Origin: an uncultured Nitrososphaerota archaeon | GTDB lineage: Archaea > Thermoproteota > EX4484-205 > JAAOZO01 | Assembly (NCBI GenBank): GCA_964408285.1 | Contig: CAYOYV010000001.1 | Location: 128,001-192,000, forward strand | DNA length: 64,000 nt | Direction: 5' to 3' | In this document: piece after piece, positions 47,721 through 56,709 of the stretch | Layout: each line of letters begins with the position of its first letter | How positions within the stretch are numbered: the first letter of the stretch is position 1 | Program-made: the position numbers and the translations under genes | The notes under the pieces: generated by a model | What the model was told of the DNA's origin: nothing | What the model saw: the letters and a program-made list of their open reading frames with translations, nothing else | Database searches by the model: none

Positions 47721-47864
47721 TCAAATCTCGATTTCAAAGTGCTTCTTACAATTCTTGCATGCGATTATGTATTTCACGGTTCCGTCCGGGTATTCCTCAG
47801 TCTTCTCGATAAAGACCTCGTGAGTTCGACCAGCTTCGCATTTTTGCGATGAGACCTCAGTCAT
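47721..47864 (-). CDS. 47-aa Zn-ribbon-like microprotein (not in ORF track)
   Basis: MTEVSSQKCEAGRTHEVFIEKTEEYPDGTVKYIIACKNCKKHFEIEI; co-oriented between two minus-strand genes. Confidence 0.6.
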   Translation of the reverse strand: MTEVSSQKCEAGRTHEVFIEKTEEYPDGTVKYIIACKNCKKHFEIEI

Positions 47865-47900
47865 CTTGGAATTCAGACTAGGCTGCATTACACTCGACCT

Positions 47901-48956
47901 CTAGTAACTCACCTTCTCCCACTTGCCACTCTTCATTGATGAATAGCCCGCATCGAGAATTGCATTCACTACGTAGCCATCTTCTATGTTCTCCTTTGGC
48001 ATCTCACCCTTTGCGAAGCATTCAAGAAAGTGCCTCAATTCAAAGAGGTATCCGAGGGTTTCATGCTCTCTCCATGTGGGAAACATCCATCCTCTCTTTG
48101 CCTCGGCCTTCTCAACGATATATCCCATCTTGTCCTCCGAAGCAACCGTGAACATTCTCACACCACTTTCTCTCGTCACATCAACAAAGATCGCACCTTC
48201 AGTACCATAGACTTCGAATCTTATGTCCAGTCCCCCGTGTGCAGTCCAGCTGTTTTCAGAATGGCCAACTCGCCCCAATTCATATCTGACTATTATCAGG
48301 CTGCTATCTTCAGCCTTTGTCTGATGGTAGAGTGTAGCACCCCAACAGAAGACTTCGATCGGCTTCCTTTCTATAACCTTCCTCGCGACCTCTACGCTAT
48401 GGCAACCCATGTCCATTAGCACTCCTCCGCCAGACAACTCAGGGTCCCAAAACCAAGCTGAATGAGGGCCGAAGTGAGCCTCCCTGCTTCTGACCCACAG
48501 GATCTCCCCAATCGCTCCCCTTTTTATGAATTCCATAGCCCTCTCGGCATGTGGGGTAAAAAGCTGATCTTCTGCATAGCCATGAAGGACTCCATGCTTT
48601 TCAACTGAATTGAGCATCTCTTTCGCTTCTTTCATGTTTCTTGCTAGGGGTTTCTCAACTATCACATTCTTGCCGTTCTCCGCACCTATCGCTACGGCGT
48701 CCTTGTGAAGATAGTTAGGGAGGATGATGTCAATTGCTTCGACGTCAGGATCTGACGCTATTCTCTGAATGGCATCGTCTCCGAAGTAAGTCCTTTTTAT
48801 CCCGAATCTTTTTGCGAATCTCTCTGCATGGAGTTGAGTCTTGGAACCGACTGCCACGAGTTCGGCGCCAGCTATCTCCTTCAAGGCCATGGCATGGAAA
48901 TTGGCGGCGAAACCTGAACCGAGGATTCCGACTCCAATGGTCCTCATTTTCGGCAA
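47901..48956 (-). CDS. Gfo/Idh/MocA oxidoreductase
   Basis: GSGFAA, VEKPL and GGGVLMDMGCH motifs. Confidence 0.9.
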   Translation of the reverse strand: MPKMRTIGVGILGSGFAANFHAMALKEIAGAELVAVGSKTQLHAERFAKRFGIKRTYFGDDAIQRIASDPDVEAIDIILPNYLHKDAVAIGAENGKNVIVEKPLARNMKEAKEMLNSVEKHGVLHGYAEDQLFTPHAERAMEFIKRGAIGEILWVRSREAHFGPHSAWFWDPELSGGGVLMDMGCHSVEVARKVIERKPIEVFCWGATLYHQTKAEDSSLIIVRYELGRVGHSENSWTAHGGLDIRFEVYGTEGAIFVDVTRESGVRMFTVASEDKMGYIVEKAEAKRGWMFPTWREHETLGYLFELRHFLECFAKGEMPKENIEDGYVVNAILDAGYSSMKSGKWEKVSY

Positions 48957-49056
48957 GTCGAATTATGATTGATGAGGCATTTAACGCTTTCATTCGAAAC
49001 TTGTTGTCGTGCGCGTCGATGGGACGATTCGCAATCTTTCTCCCGAGTACTCATAT

Positions 49057-49770
49057 CTAAGATTGCCCTGACCGAGTGTTGGGCTTGCCCCCTAGAAGCC
49101 TTTCTGCTTCACGGAGATCCTTCACAGTGTCTATAGGAATCCACATTTCTCGGGTCATGTAGACGGATATCTCCCCTGATAGCTTGGGGAAAACCTCAGT
49201 CTCAAGGTCTCCCACTTCGGGAAGGTATTCACTTATTTTTCTTGAGAATATGTATATCCCTCCATTGATCCAGTTGGGCAATTCGGGTTTTTCGATGAAG
49301 CTTTCCAGAAGGCCATTGAAAACCGTCACTATGCCGTAGGGCAATCTCAGCGGCGTCGCAATGATGCTGGCAATCTTGCCCATTGTCAAGTAGTAGCTTC
49401 GGAACTTGCTGAGGTCGACTTTCGAAATTATGTCACCATTCAACACAAAGAAATCCTTGCCTGATGTCCTAGGAAGTGCCAAACGCAGGGCCCCCGCGGT
49501 ACCCAATCTGGCCTTTTCGATGCTCAGCTCCGTGCTCAATCCCAGATTCGTATCCGATAGATAGTACTTTATTCTCTCACTCAGGTGTCCGCAAGCGACC
49601 ACAACTCTTTTGACGCCATGTAATCTGAGCCAGTCAATCTGCCATTGGAGTATAGGTTTGCCCGCAATATCAATGAGGATTTTCGGGGTGGTTAATGTCA
49701 TCGGCCTCAGTCTCTCGCCCAAGCCGCCACCCAGTATGATTGCCTCATCAATCTCTCTCAATCTCGGCAC
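49057..49770 (-). CDS. Sugar-phosphate nucleotidyltransferase
   Basis: ILGGGLGERLRP.T..PK, LGTAG, NGD, FIEKP and INGGIY motifs. Confidence 0.9.
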   Translation of the reverse strand: MPRLREIDEAIILGGGLGERLRPMTLTTPKILIDIAGKPILQWQIDWLRLHGVKRVVVACGHLSERIKYYLSDTNLGLSTELSIEKARLGTAGALRLALPRTSGKDFFVLNGDIISKVDLSKFRSYYLTMGKIASIIATPLRLPYGIVTVFNGLLESFIEKPELPNWINGGIYIFSRKISEYLPEVGDLETEVFPKLSGEISVYMTREMWIPIDTVKDLREAERLLGGKPNTRSGQS

Positions 49771-49838
49771 CAGGCATCAGTGTTCTGTTTGAGGGTATAT
49801 AGTCATTCCCTCTGGGGAGGCGTGCGTCTATCCTCTAC

Positions 49839-50855
49839 CTATTGAAACCTATGCCCACATTTCAAACAGAACTTGGAATCTCCGGGAACATCACTATTGC
49901 ACTCAGGACATCTCTTCGTTCGTTCCGAAGTTTGTTCTTTGCCCGTACTTGGGAGCTGGGATCCGCAGAACATACAGAATTTCGAATCAGGAGGATTGAT
50001 CCTATTGCACTTCGGACAGACTATCTGACCGGATGAGATTCCCGTGTCTGGAGGTGGCGGAGGAGCAGCGGGAGGAGTCATGACTTGCGGTATCAGGACC
50101 ATGCCGGTTCCAAGTGCAGCGCCTGGAGACTTGCCGAGTTCTTTTGCTACTTCCTTTGCAGTATCCATCCTCAGGACCTCGCCTGCAGCTTGGGACTTGG
50201 CCATCTGTTTTATGAAGAACAACCTGTCTCTGTACGCCGGTTCAGTGTCAATGCCCTCGAACTTCAGATCGACTAGTCTGAGTCCGAGTCTTTCTAGTTG
50301 GGTAGCAACAGTTGCTCTGACCTCCAGCGATGTGTCGTCAAGCTTGGTGAAGACTCCTTCAAGGTCATATTTCGAGATTGAGTCTATGGATTTCTCGTTG
50401 ATATATCCTCTCACGAAGTCTGCCACTGATGCCGTGCTGAACGACACGCCGCTTCCTGACAGTTGTGTGATGAAAAGTATCGGATCCGAGACCTTGAACC
50501 AGTAAGACCCATGGGCCATCAGAGGTGCAAGGTCAGTCGTCTGGGCTCTGAAGCCGAATTTGCCCACAAGCTCCTTTGTCGAGACAAATATGACGTTTGC
50601 TTTGAACGGCATTCTATCATAACCGACTATCTTCACCAGAATTCCAGTGATGAGGGGCAATACCATGGTCGTGAGCACATGCCTTCCAGGGCCAAGAACA
50701 TCGTAAGCCTTGCCATCCCGGAAGAAGACAGCGGATTCGTCCTCATGGACTACGAGAACGGATCCCCACTCTATTTCGTCGGCGGGAAATGGATAGATTA
50801 CGGCTTCGGGCGTTTTGCTCAACCACTCTATGACGATAGGCATTCCATCAGACAC
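49839..50855 (-). CDS. SPFH-domain protein with C-terminal double Zn ribbon (YdjI-like)
   Basis: GSVLVVHEDESAVFFRDG...GPGRH.L.T, a Pro-rich linker and two CPxC...KFCxxCG repeats. Confidence 0.85.
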   Translation of the reverse strand: MSDGMPIVIEWLSKTPEAVIYPFPADEIEWGSVLVVHEDESAVFFRDGKAYDVLGPGRHVLTTMVLPLITGILVKIVGYDRMPFKANVIFVSTKELVGKFGFRAQTTDLAPLMAHGSYWFKVSDPILFITQLSGSGVSFSTASVADFVRGYINEKSIDSISKYDLEGVFTKLDDTSLEVRATVATQLERLGLRLVDLKFEGIDTEPAYRDRLFFIKQMAKSQAAGEVLRMDTAKEVAKELGKSPGAALGTGMVLIPQVMTPPAAPPPPPDTGISSGQIVCPKCNRINPPDSKFCMFCGSQLPSTGKEQTSERTKRCPECNSDVPGDSKFCLKCGHRFQ

Positions 50856-51399
50856 CTCTGAGCAATACTTCCCTAGCTGTCAATTTCTGTTCCATCTGCG
50901 AAAGAAGACCAGAGATCTCATCCAGCGCCTTGGATAAACCATCGAAATCGCCCCTGAGAGCACATTCCAGTATCTCTTTCCCTTTTCTGTCAACTTCCTC
51001 CGCAATCGAAATGAGGACCTGGTCATTATCGATCAACATATCTATGTCCTCCTCCTTCACTTTGACTGCATCGAACAATCCAGAATAACCTAGCGCAGAC
51101 TTCGTTGTTCTGTTATTTATGTAGTTCAGTTGGAACATAATTCTATTGATTACTCTAGATTTGTCTGGTCCGAACTTCTCTATCGCCGACACGAGAGTCC
51201 TGTCCATGTTTTTTGTTGCTGATTCAAGGAAGGTCGCGGCCTTGTTCCTGACAAGCCTGTCGGTCTCTCTCCTTATCTCTTTCTCCTTGTATCCCCCGTA
51301 GCCGGGTATGTACATCAGCAGTTTCTCTACGCCAGAAAGCTCTCTCATCACAACATCCTTTGGGGCGCCTTCAGACATCGGTATCTCTAGTCGATTCAT
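50848..51399 (-). CDS. Helical hypothetical protein coupled to the SPFH gene
   Basis: IPGYGGY.EKE.RRE.D motif; 8-bp overlap with the SPFH gene. Confidence 0.75.
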   Translation of the reverse strand: MNRLEIPMSEGAPKDVVMRELSGVEKLLMYIPGYGGYKEKEIRRETDRLVRNKAATFLESATKNMDRTLVSAIEKFGPDKSRVINRIMFQLNYINNRTTKSALGYSGLFDAVKVKEEDIDMLIDNDQVLISIAEEVDRKGKEILECALRGDFDGLSKALDEISGLLSQMEQKLTAREVLLRGV

Positions 51400-51627
51400 C
51401 GTTCCTTATTTAACTCTTTTAAGGAGTTTGTTGAACAAGGTGGATCCAGGTTAGCAGGAAGCCAGAGCCAGACATCGATCTGGCTTTGTCAGTGCATGAT
51501 CCCAGAATAGAATATTGATTATCCTCAAGAAAGAAAGCCACACATAAGTACAGTGGTAGTCCAGGTAGGGCGGAAATCAAACTCCAGACAAGAAAATTTA
51601 AAAACGTACGAGGCGAAAGACGGGCAA

Positions 51628-52014
51628 ATGGCAAAGACGGCGTTGGGCTTGGAAGAGAACGTGGAGGGGGCGCTGGCCTATCTTCTAGGGTTTTTCACGG
51701 GAATAGCTCTGATTCTAATGGAGAAGGATAACGATTTCGTAAAATTCCATGCATGGCAATCCACTATAACGTACGGTGTGCTGTTCGTTCTCTCAATTGG
51801 TCTGGTGTTCCTAGGTTTCATTCCAGTGATCGGATGGATCGTCTCAATAGTCGGAATTCTCTTGTCCCTCATAATAGCACCGATTGCTCTGATTCTCTGG
51901 CTCGTCTTCATGTTGAAAGCATATCAGGGACAGAAATGGAAGTTCCCCGTGATAGGGAATCTTGCAGAAAAACAGGCAATGGGAGGGGCTGAACTACCAC
52001 CTCCGCCTCCATAG
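51628..52014 (+). CDS. DUF4870-like membrane protein
   Basis: GLEENV.GALAY...FVKFHAWQS...IP..G...KAYQG..KFP.IG. Confidence 0.8.
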   Translation: MAKTALGLEENVEGALAYLLGFFTGIALILMEKDNDFVKFHAWQSTITYGVLFVLSIGLVFLGFIPVIGWIVSIVGILLSLIIAPIALILWLVFMLKAYQGQKWKFPVIGNLAEKQAMGGAELPPPPP

Positions 52015-52196
52015 TAGCATCCAGAACTTGTTCGCGGCCGGCCTGGGGTGAAGCAGATTAGGGTCAATCACAGCGCATATGAGGGCAATTCGGCATCTCT
52101 CTATCGCGGCTTTATTGAAACTGAAGTTGGTTCCGCATTCGGAGTGGGGATTGGACCGCGCAACGATTCCGAAGTGAGTCTAGAGATGGAACGCAT

Positions 52197-53954
52197 CTAT
52201 CCCGGGATCTTCTTCAGCTTGGTCTGATAGAATTCAATCAATTCCTTTTCAGTTGTCGCATCCTCTGCTTCCTTGTCTATCCTGTATTTGCCAGTGAACC
52301 TAGGAAATCTTATGGCGAGTCCAGTATGCTTCTTGATGGCAGCCATGGCTGCGGTATGGATCGGGCTAATCGTTACTTCAGCTCCGATCACCTCGAGTAC
52401 GAGTCTTGGCTTGAACCAGAAGTCTGGCTCGATCTTGCTGTCAACTCTGGCTGGCTTCTCCGGGGCCAAGTCGTTCTCAAGCATTTCACCCAATTTCCCT
52501 AGGTCCTGCTCTGTGAAACCAGTTCCAACCCTCGTCGTTGATTTGAACATATCCGATTCAGGATCATATATCGCCATCAGGAACGAGCCATATTTGAACT
52601 GCGCCCTCTTTCCCATGCCTCGATACGCTCCTATTATGACCAGATCGAGGGTGTCTTCCATTTCTGCCTTGTATTCCCTCTTTAGCTTCACCCACCTGAA
52701 GGATCTGGCACCGGCCTCATATTCGGAATCCAGCATCTTTACCATCACTCCTTCCATGCCATCCGAGATGGCCTCCTCGAAAAATCTCTCTATGTCTTCA
52801 GATGACTTGGCCAGAATCATTTTAGACAGTTGGACTCTATCGTCTTTCTTTACCATTTTCTCAAGAACTGCTCTTCTTTCTTTGTAGGGTGAGTCCATGA
52901 GATCTCTTCTGTCAATGAATAGTACATCGAATAGCTTCAGATTGACTGGTATTTCACGCATAACTCTCTCTATCTCGTATTTTCTCCTCCTCTGCATCAA
53001 ATCCTGGAAGGGTCTGATCTCCCCCGTATCGGCTTCCACTGCAATGCACTCCATCTCGAATATTGCATCTCCGGTCTTGATCGTTCCACGAAGCAATTCC
53101 ACCACATCAGGATATTGATGGCTTATGTCCTCTAGCCGTCTTGAGAACAATTTCACTTCCGCTCCTCTCTTGTGTGCTTGTATCCGTTCTCCATCATACT
53201 TGTATTCGATGGCACATGGCAATCCCACTTTCTGAGCGATCTCCTGCGGGCTTCCAAGTCTTTCAGCCAACTGCATCCTAATCGGTATTCCAATCTCTAT
53301 CCTGATCTTCCGGAGCCCTTCCAAACCCTGTCGCCGAATCGTTAGAGCTATTTGACCAATATCAGGCCTTATGTTGTAGATACTCTCTACCTCTTGTCTG
53401 GCCTCCTTGCTCCCGGCGAATGCTTCGGAGAGTGCATCGAGAAGCGTCATCTCGGCAAGTCCAAGCCTCAGTTCCCCAGTCACGTATCTCACCAAATACT
53501 TTCCTTCCTGGGGCGACATGTCTGCCAGTACCGAAGCCAGACCATCGATCTTCTGCATGGTGGATTTCTTTCCAGCAAGCTTTGACAGAGCGATTATTGA
53601 ATTGAAGGTATCAGAGACTGTGAGTTCTCTGCTGACCAGTTTGCGCATTTTCCTGTTCGTCAGCAATTCAAAGGCCGCCTGACCTAAGTCGCCTATTTCC
53701 TTGAGCTTCTGTTCGACCTTGAGTTCGGTGATCCCTGTAGCCTTTGCTATGCTTCTCAAGATAAGTTTCTCGGCCATCCCAATCTCGGTCCCGGCGTAAT
53801 CTGGACCCAGGGCCCCGAGGAGAATGTAGCATATGATGCCCACCTCATTCTCTTCTGCCTCAAGAAACAACTGCCTAGTTGTCTGGATCATTTCGAGTCT
53901 CTTTGTTGTTGACTCGATCTTTTGCATGTATTTAGCAAGAGTTGAGAAATCCAC
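52197..53954 (-). CDS. lig: ATP-dependent DNA ligase
   Basis: EYKYDGERIQ, EGVMVK, WVKLK and AIRFPRF motifs. Confidence 0.95.
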   Translation of the reverse strand: MDFSTLAKYMQKIESTTKRLEMIQTTRQLFLEAEENEVGIICYILLGALGPDYAGTEIGMAEKLILRSIAKATGITELKVEQKLKEIGDLGQAAFELLTNRKMRKLVSRELTVSDTFNSIIALSKLAGKKSTMQKIDGLASVLADMSPQEGKYLVRYVTGELRLGLAEMTLLDALSEAFAGSKEARQEVESIYNIRPDIGQIALTIRRQGLEGLRKIRIEIGIPIRMQLAERLGSPQEIAQKVGLPCAIEYKYDGERIQAHKRGAEVKLFSRRLEDISHQYPDVVELLRGTIKTGDAIFEMECIAVEADTGEIRPFQDLMQRRRKYEIERVMREIPVNLKLFDVLFIDRRDLMDSPYKERRAVLEKMVKKDDRVQLSKMILAKSSEDIERFFEEAISDGMEGVMVKMLDSEYEAGARSFRWVKLKREYKAEMEDTLDLVIIGAYRGMGKRAQFKYGSFLMAIYDPESDMFKSTTRVGTGFTEQDLGKLGEMLENDLAPEKPARVDSKIEPDFWFKPRLVLEVIGAEVTISPIHTAAMAAIKKHTGLAIRFPRFTGKYRIDKEAEDATTEKELIEFYQTKLKKIPG

Positions 53955-53960
53955 TGGAAT

Positions 53961-54494
53961 TCACCACGCCTTACCGTAGCCGTCCAGATATACCCTGCGC
54001 TGCAATGAAGGGGGCGGTCTGAATCTGCCCGAGTCCAGCGGATATCCGAGAGTCACAATCGTCACTGGCCTGTAGGCATCAGGAGGTGAAATCACCGCTC
54101 GAACCTTACGTTCATCAAACGCTCCTATCCAGCACGTCCCAAGTCCCATCTCAGTTGCCTTCAACATCAGATTCTCAACTGCGGCACCAATGTCTAGGAG
54201 ACTGTAGAGGCCGATCCCCCTGTTCCCGTATGAATCAAGGGCTGCGACCTCATTGACTAGGAACACAAGATCGACGGGGGCCTCCGAGACGAACTGCTCG
54301 TTGTAACAAGCCATAGCCAATTCCTTCCTTTTCGTCTGTTGAAGAACCACTACCACCTCATAGGGGTGAACATCGCCCGCCGACGGGGCCATGAACGCTG
54401 CTTCAAGCAGGGATTGGATCTGCTGCTTGCTGATCTCCCTTCCCTCATAGTGCCTGATGCTTCTCCTTCTGGCTATTGCATCGGTCACCTTCAT
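53961..54494 (-). CDS. Nitroreductase-family protein
   Basis: RRSIR.Y, APSA and GLGTCWIG motifs. Confidence 0.9.
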   Translation of the reverse strand: MKVTDAIARRRSIRHYEGREISKQQIQSLLEAAFMAPSAGDVHPYEVVVVLQQTKRKELAMACYNEQFVSEAPVDLVFLVNEVAALDSYGNRGIGLYSLLDIGAAVENLMLKATEMGLGTCWIGAFDERKVRAVISPPDAYRPVTIVTLGYPLDSGRFRPPPSLQRRVYLDGYGKAW

Positions 54495-54542
54495 ACATAG
54501 AAACCGATGGGGCTGGGCTAAAAAAGTTGAGGATTGTCCGCA

Positions 54543-54860
54543 CTAGATGATCATGATGGAGCTTCTTTCGAATCCATTTCTTCTCAAGTAGTCCTCTGCT
54601 TTTGACCTCTGGTCTCCCTGCAGGAAGATCTTACCATCCTTTACAGTACCACCGCAAGCACATCGAGACTTCAGGTTTTTCGCTAGACTCTCAACTGAAT
54701 CCTCTTTTTCGCTTATTCCTTCTATTATTGTCATGGGTTTGTTGAACTTCCTCATCTCCAGCCTTATGGTTATCTTCTGTTCTTCTCTGAAAGCTTCCTC
54801 AAGAGCCCCCTCTGTACCGAAGACATCGAAATCCTCGTCTTTCGTGTTCTTCACCATCAC
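54543..54860 (-). CDS. Translation initiation factor aIF1 (SUI1)
   Basis: T.IEG...LK...ACGGTVK...LQGD motif. Confidence 0.92.
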   Translation of the reverse strand: MMVKNTKDEDFDVFGTEGALEEAFREEQKITIRLEMRKFNKPMTIIEGISEKEDSVESLAKNLKSRCACGGTVKDGKIFLQGDQRSKAEDYLRRNGFERSSIMII

Positions 54861-54967
54861 CTTTGTCTTGTGCTAGGACATCGACGTCCGATATTTAAGA
54901 TTAAAGCTGTTCGGGACGCCAATTCAATAGAGATATATTCTCTCCAAGGAGGCAGACGTATCTAGAT

Positions 54968-55720
54968 TTGGCGGAAGAAAGGCGCTATGACGAGCTTACA
55001 GGATACATAAAGGATCTAACTGCAAGGAAGATAATTGGTGATATAATTCTGAGTGAGGATTCGGGAAAGGCATTCAAGAAGTGGAGGTTGCTTTTCCAGA
55101 TACCTCAGAAGGAGCTTTCCCAACAGATGGGAATTTCCCCCTCAGTGCTTAGTGACTATGAAAGGGGTAGAAGAAAGAATCCTGGAACGAAGTTCATGAG
55201 GACTTTCGTCGAAGCCCTGATCGAGCTTGACCTGACGAAGGGAAGCAGGAAATTGTCTGAGTTATCAAGAACTGAATTACCTCCACCGGGGGTGATACTC
55301 GCGATTAAGGAATTCTCGATACCTGTCAAAGTAAAGACGATCTTCGCAATCACGAGTTCAGTTTCAATCTTGGAGGACAGGGACCTTGAGGAGACCCTAT
55401 TCGGCTACACTGTTCTAGATAGCATTAAGTCAATTCTCTATTTCAAGGGAGACGAATTCATCAGAATATTCGGGGCAACTGCAAAGAGAGCCCTGGTATT
55501 CACAAACGTTATTCACGGTCGATCTCCAATGGTCGCAGTGAGAGTGTTTCCTTTCAAGCCTTCCGCTGTGATAATACATGGTCCCGCGGCAATCGACGAT
55601 GTGGCAGTCGAAATAGCGAAACGCGAGAACATACCGCTTGGTCTCTCAAGGATGCCAAGCGTGAACGATTTGTTGTCTGCCCTTGAGGATGTCGAGATTG
55701 TTGAGAAAACAAAGGCGTGA
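54968..55720 (+). CDS. XRE-type HTH transcriptional regulator (archaeal family)
   Basis: KKWR...Q.EL...ISPSVLSDYE.GRRK.PG and ALVFT.V..GRSPMVA motifs. Confidence 0.85.
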   Translation: MAEERRYDELTGYIKDLTARKIIGDIILSEDSGKAFKKWRLLFQIPQKELSQQMGISPSVLSDYERGRRKNPGTKFMRTFVEALIELDLTKGSRKLSELSRTELPPPGVILAIKEFSIPVKVKTIFAITSSVSILEDRDLEETLFGYTVLDSIKSILYFKGDEFIRIFGATAKRALVFTNVIHGRSPMVAVRVFPFKPSAVIIHGPAAIDDVAVEIAKRENIPLGLSRMPSVNDLLSALEDVEIVEKTKA

Positions 55721-55901
55721 GCCATTCAGCTTGTCACTATACCGGTAATGGATTTGGAGATGTGCTCACGGATCTCGGCAGGGGTCTTGAGTATATGAGT
55801 AGCCGCTCATCATGACTACGTAAGCAGAATTGCAGAGATCACAGATCATAGGACGAAAAATAGGAGATGAAGAACCCACTCTCAGTCCATCGACAGGGGT
55901 T

Positions 55902-55949
55902 CTACTTCTTCTTCTTTTTCTTTTTCTTTGATTTGCATGTTCCTGGCAT
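55902..55949 (-). CDS. Putative 15-aa poly-lysine peptide MPGTCKSKKKKKKKK
   Basis: Mixed AAA/AAG codons ending in TAG. TTATATAG lies about 30 nt upstream. Confidence 0.4.
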   Translation of the reverse strand: MPGTCKSKKKKKKKK

Positions 55950-55978
55950 TTTCTTACAAATATCATAATCGCTCGATA

Positions 55979-56545
55979 CTATATAAGCTTGACTTTTTTC
56001 TTATCAAGCTTTGACAATTCTGCGACCAAGACAACGCCGAGGACATTGATGGCGACGAACGATCCAAAGAATATCGCCAAGAGATTGAGAAGCAGCGGGT
56101 GCAGCCCAATCTCATATAGAGCTTCTGGCAGAGGGGCAGATATCAGCCACAGGTAAGATCCTATCATTATTGTTATGACGAGGTTCTGAAGCAATGCGAT
56201 GAAGAAGAACCGTTTCGGATTGTCCGAACCTTTTCCGAATATCTGTCCGATTGAAGCCGCGAACAGATTTGCGAATGCCCCGACAATAATATCGGTAAGT
56301 CCAAAGGGACTGAGGAAATTGCCGAATACAACCCCGAGCGTAACGCCAATTGTTGCCGGCCACCCGTAAATTATCGAGGTGGGAATAAGCATGTCTGCGA
56401 CCCTGACCTGTATGGGCAGGAAACTGAGGGATTGGAAAAGAAAGAGCAGGACAACATACAGAGCAGCCAGCAGCGAACACAGCGAGATCGCCCTCAATCT
56501 CCCGCTTATGAGCATCAGACGACTCGGAATTGCAGAGCGATTCAT
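55979..56545 (-). CDS. QueT-family preQ0/preQ1 transporter
   Basis: AALYVVL...SF.PIQVRVAD...GVTLG...N..SPFG..D...G pattern. Start uncertain. Confidence 0.75.
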   Translation of the reverse strand: MNRSAIPSRLMLISGRLRAISLCSLLAALYVVLLFLFQSLSFLPIQVRVADMLIPTSIIYGWPATIGVTLGVVFGNFLSPFGLTDIIVGAFANLFAASIGQIFGKGSDNPKRFFFIALLQNLVITIMIGSYLWLISAPLPEALYEIGLHPLLLNLLAIFFGSFVAINVLGVVLVAELSKLDKKKVKLI

Positions 56546-56709
56546 AAGTCTTTCAACTCGTTGTTGACACGCCGGTGCTGCTTGAAGGCAGATGCCGATC
56601 GGAACTTGCGAAAGATTGAAAAGTACAGTATCGTTCTCTCTGGAAAGTGGATGATTGCCCCCGTTGATGGACGCCAAGTGCTATTAGTCAGAGGAGGTGA
56701 CTCAGACTA

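Noticed and set aside
55766-55966. 66-aa basic ORF / ribosomal protein L41e
   Set aside because: Lacks the L41e KW motif, and its ATG is too close to the TATA box to be transcribed from it.
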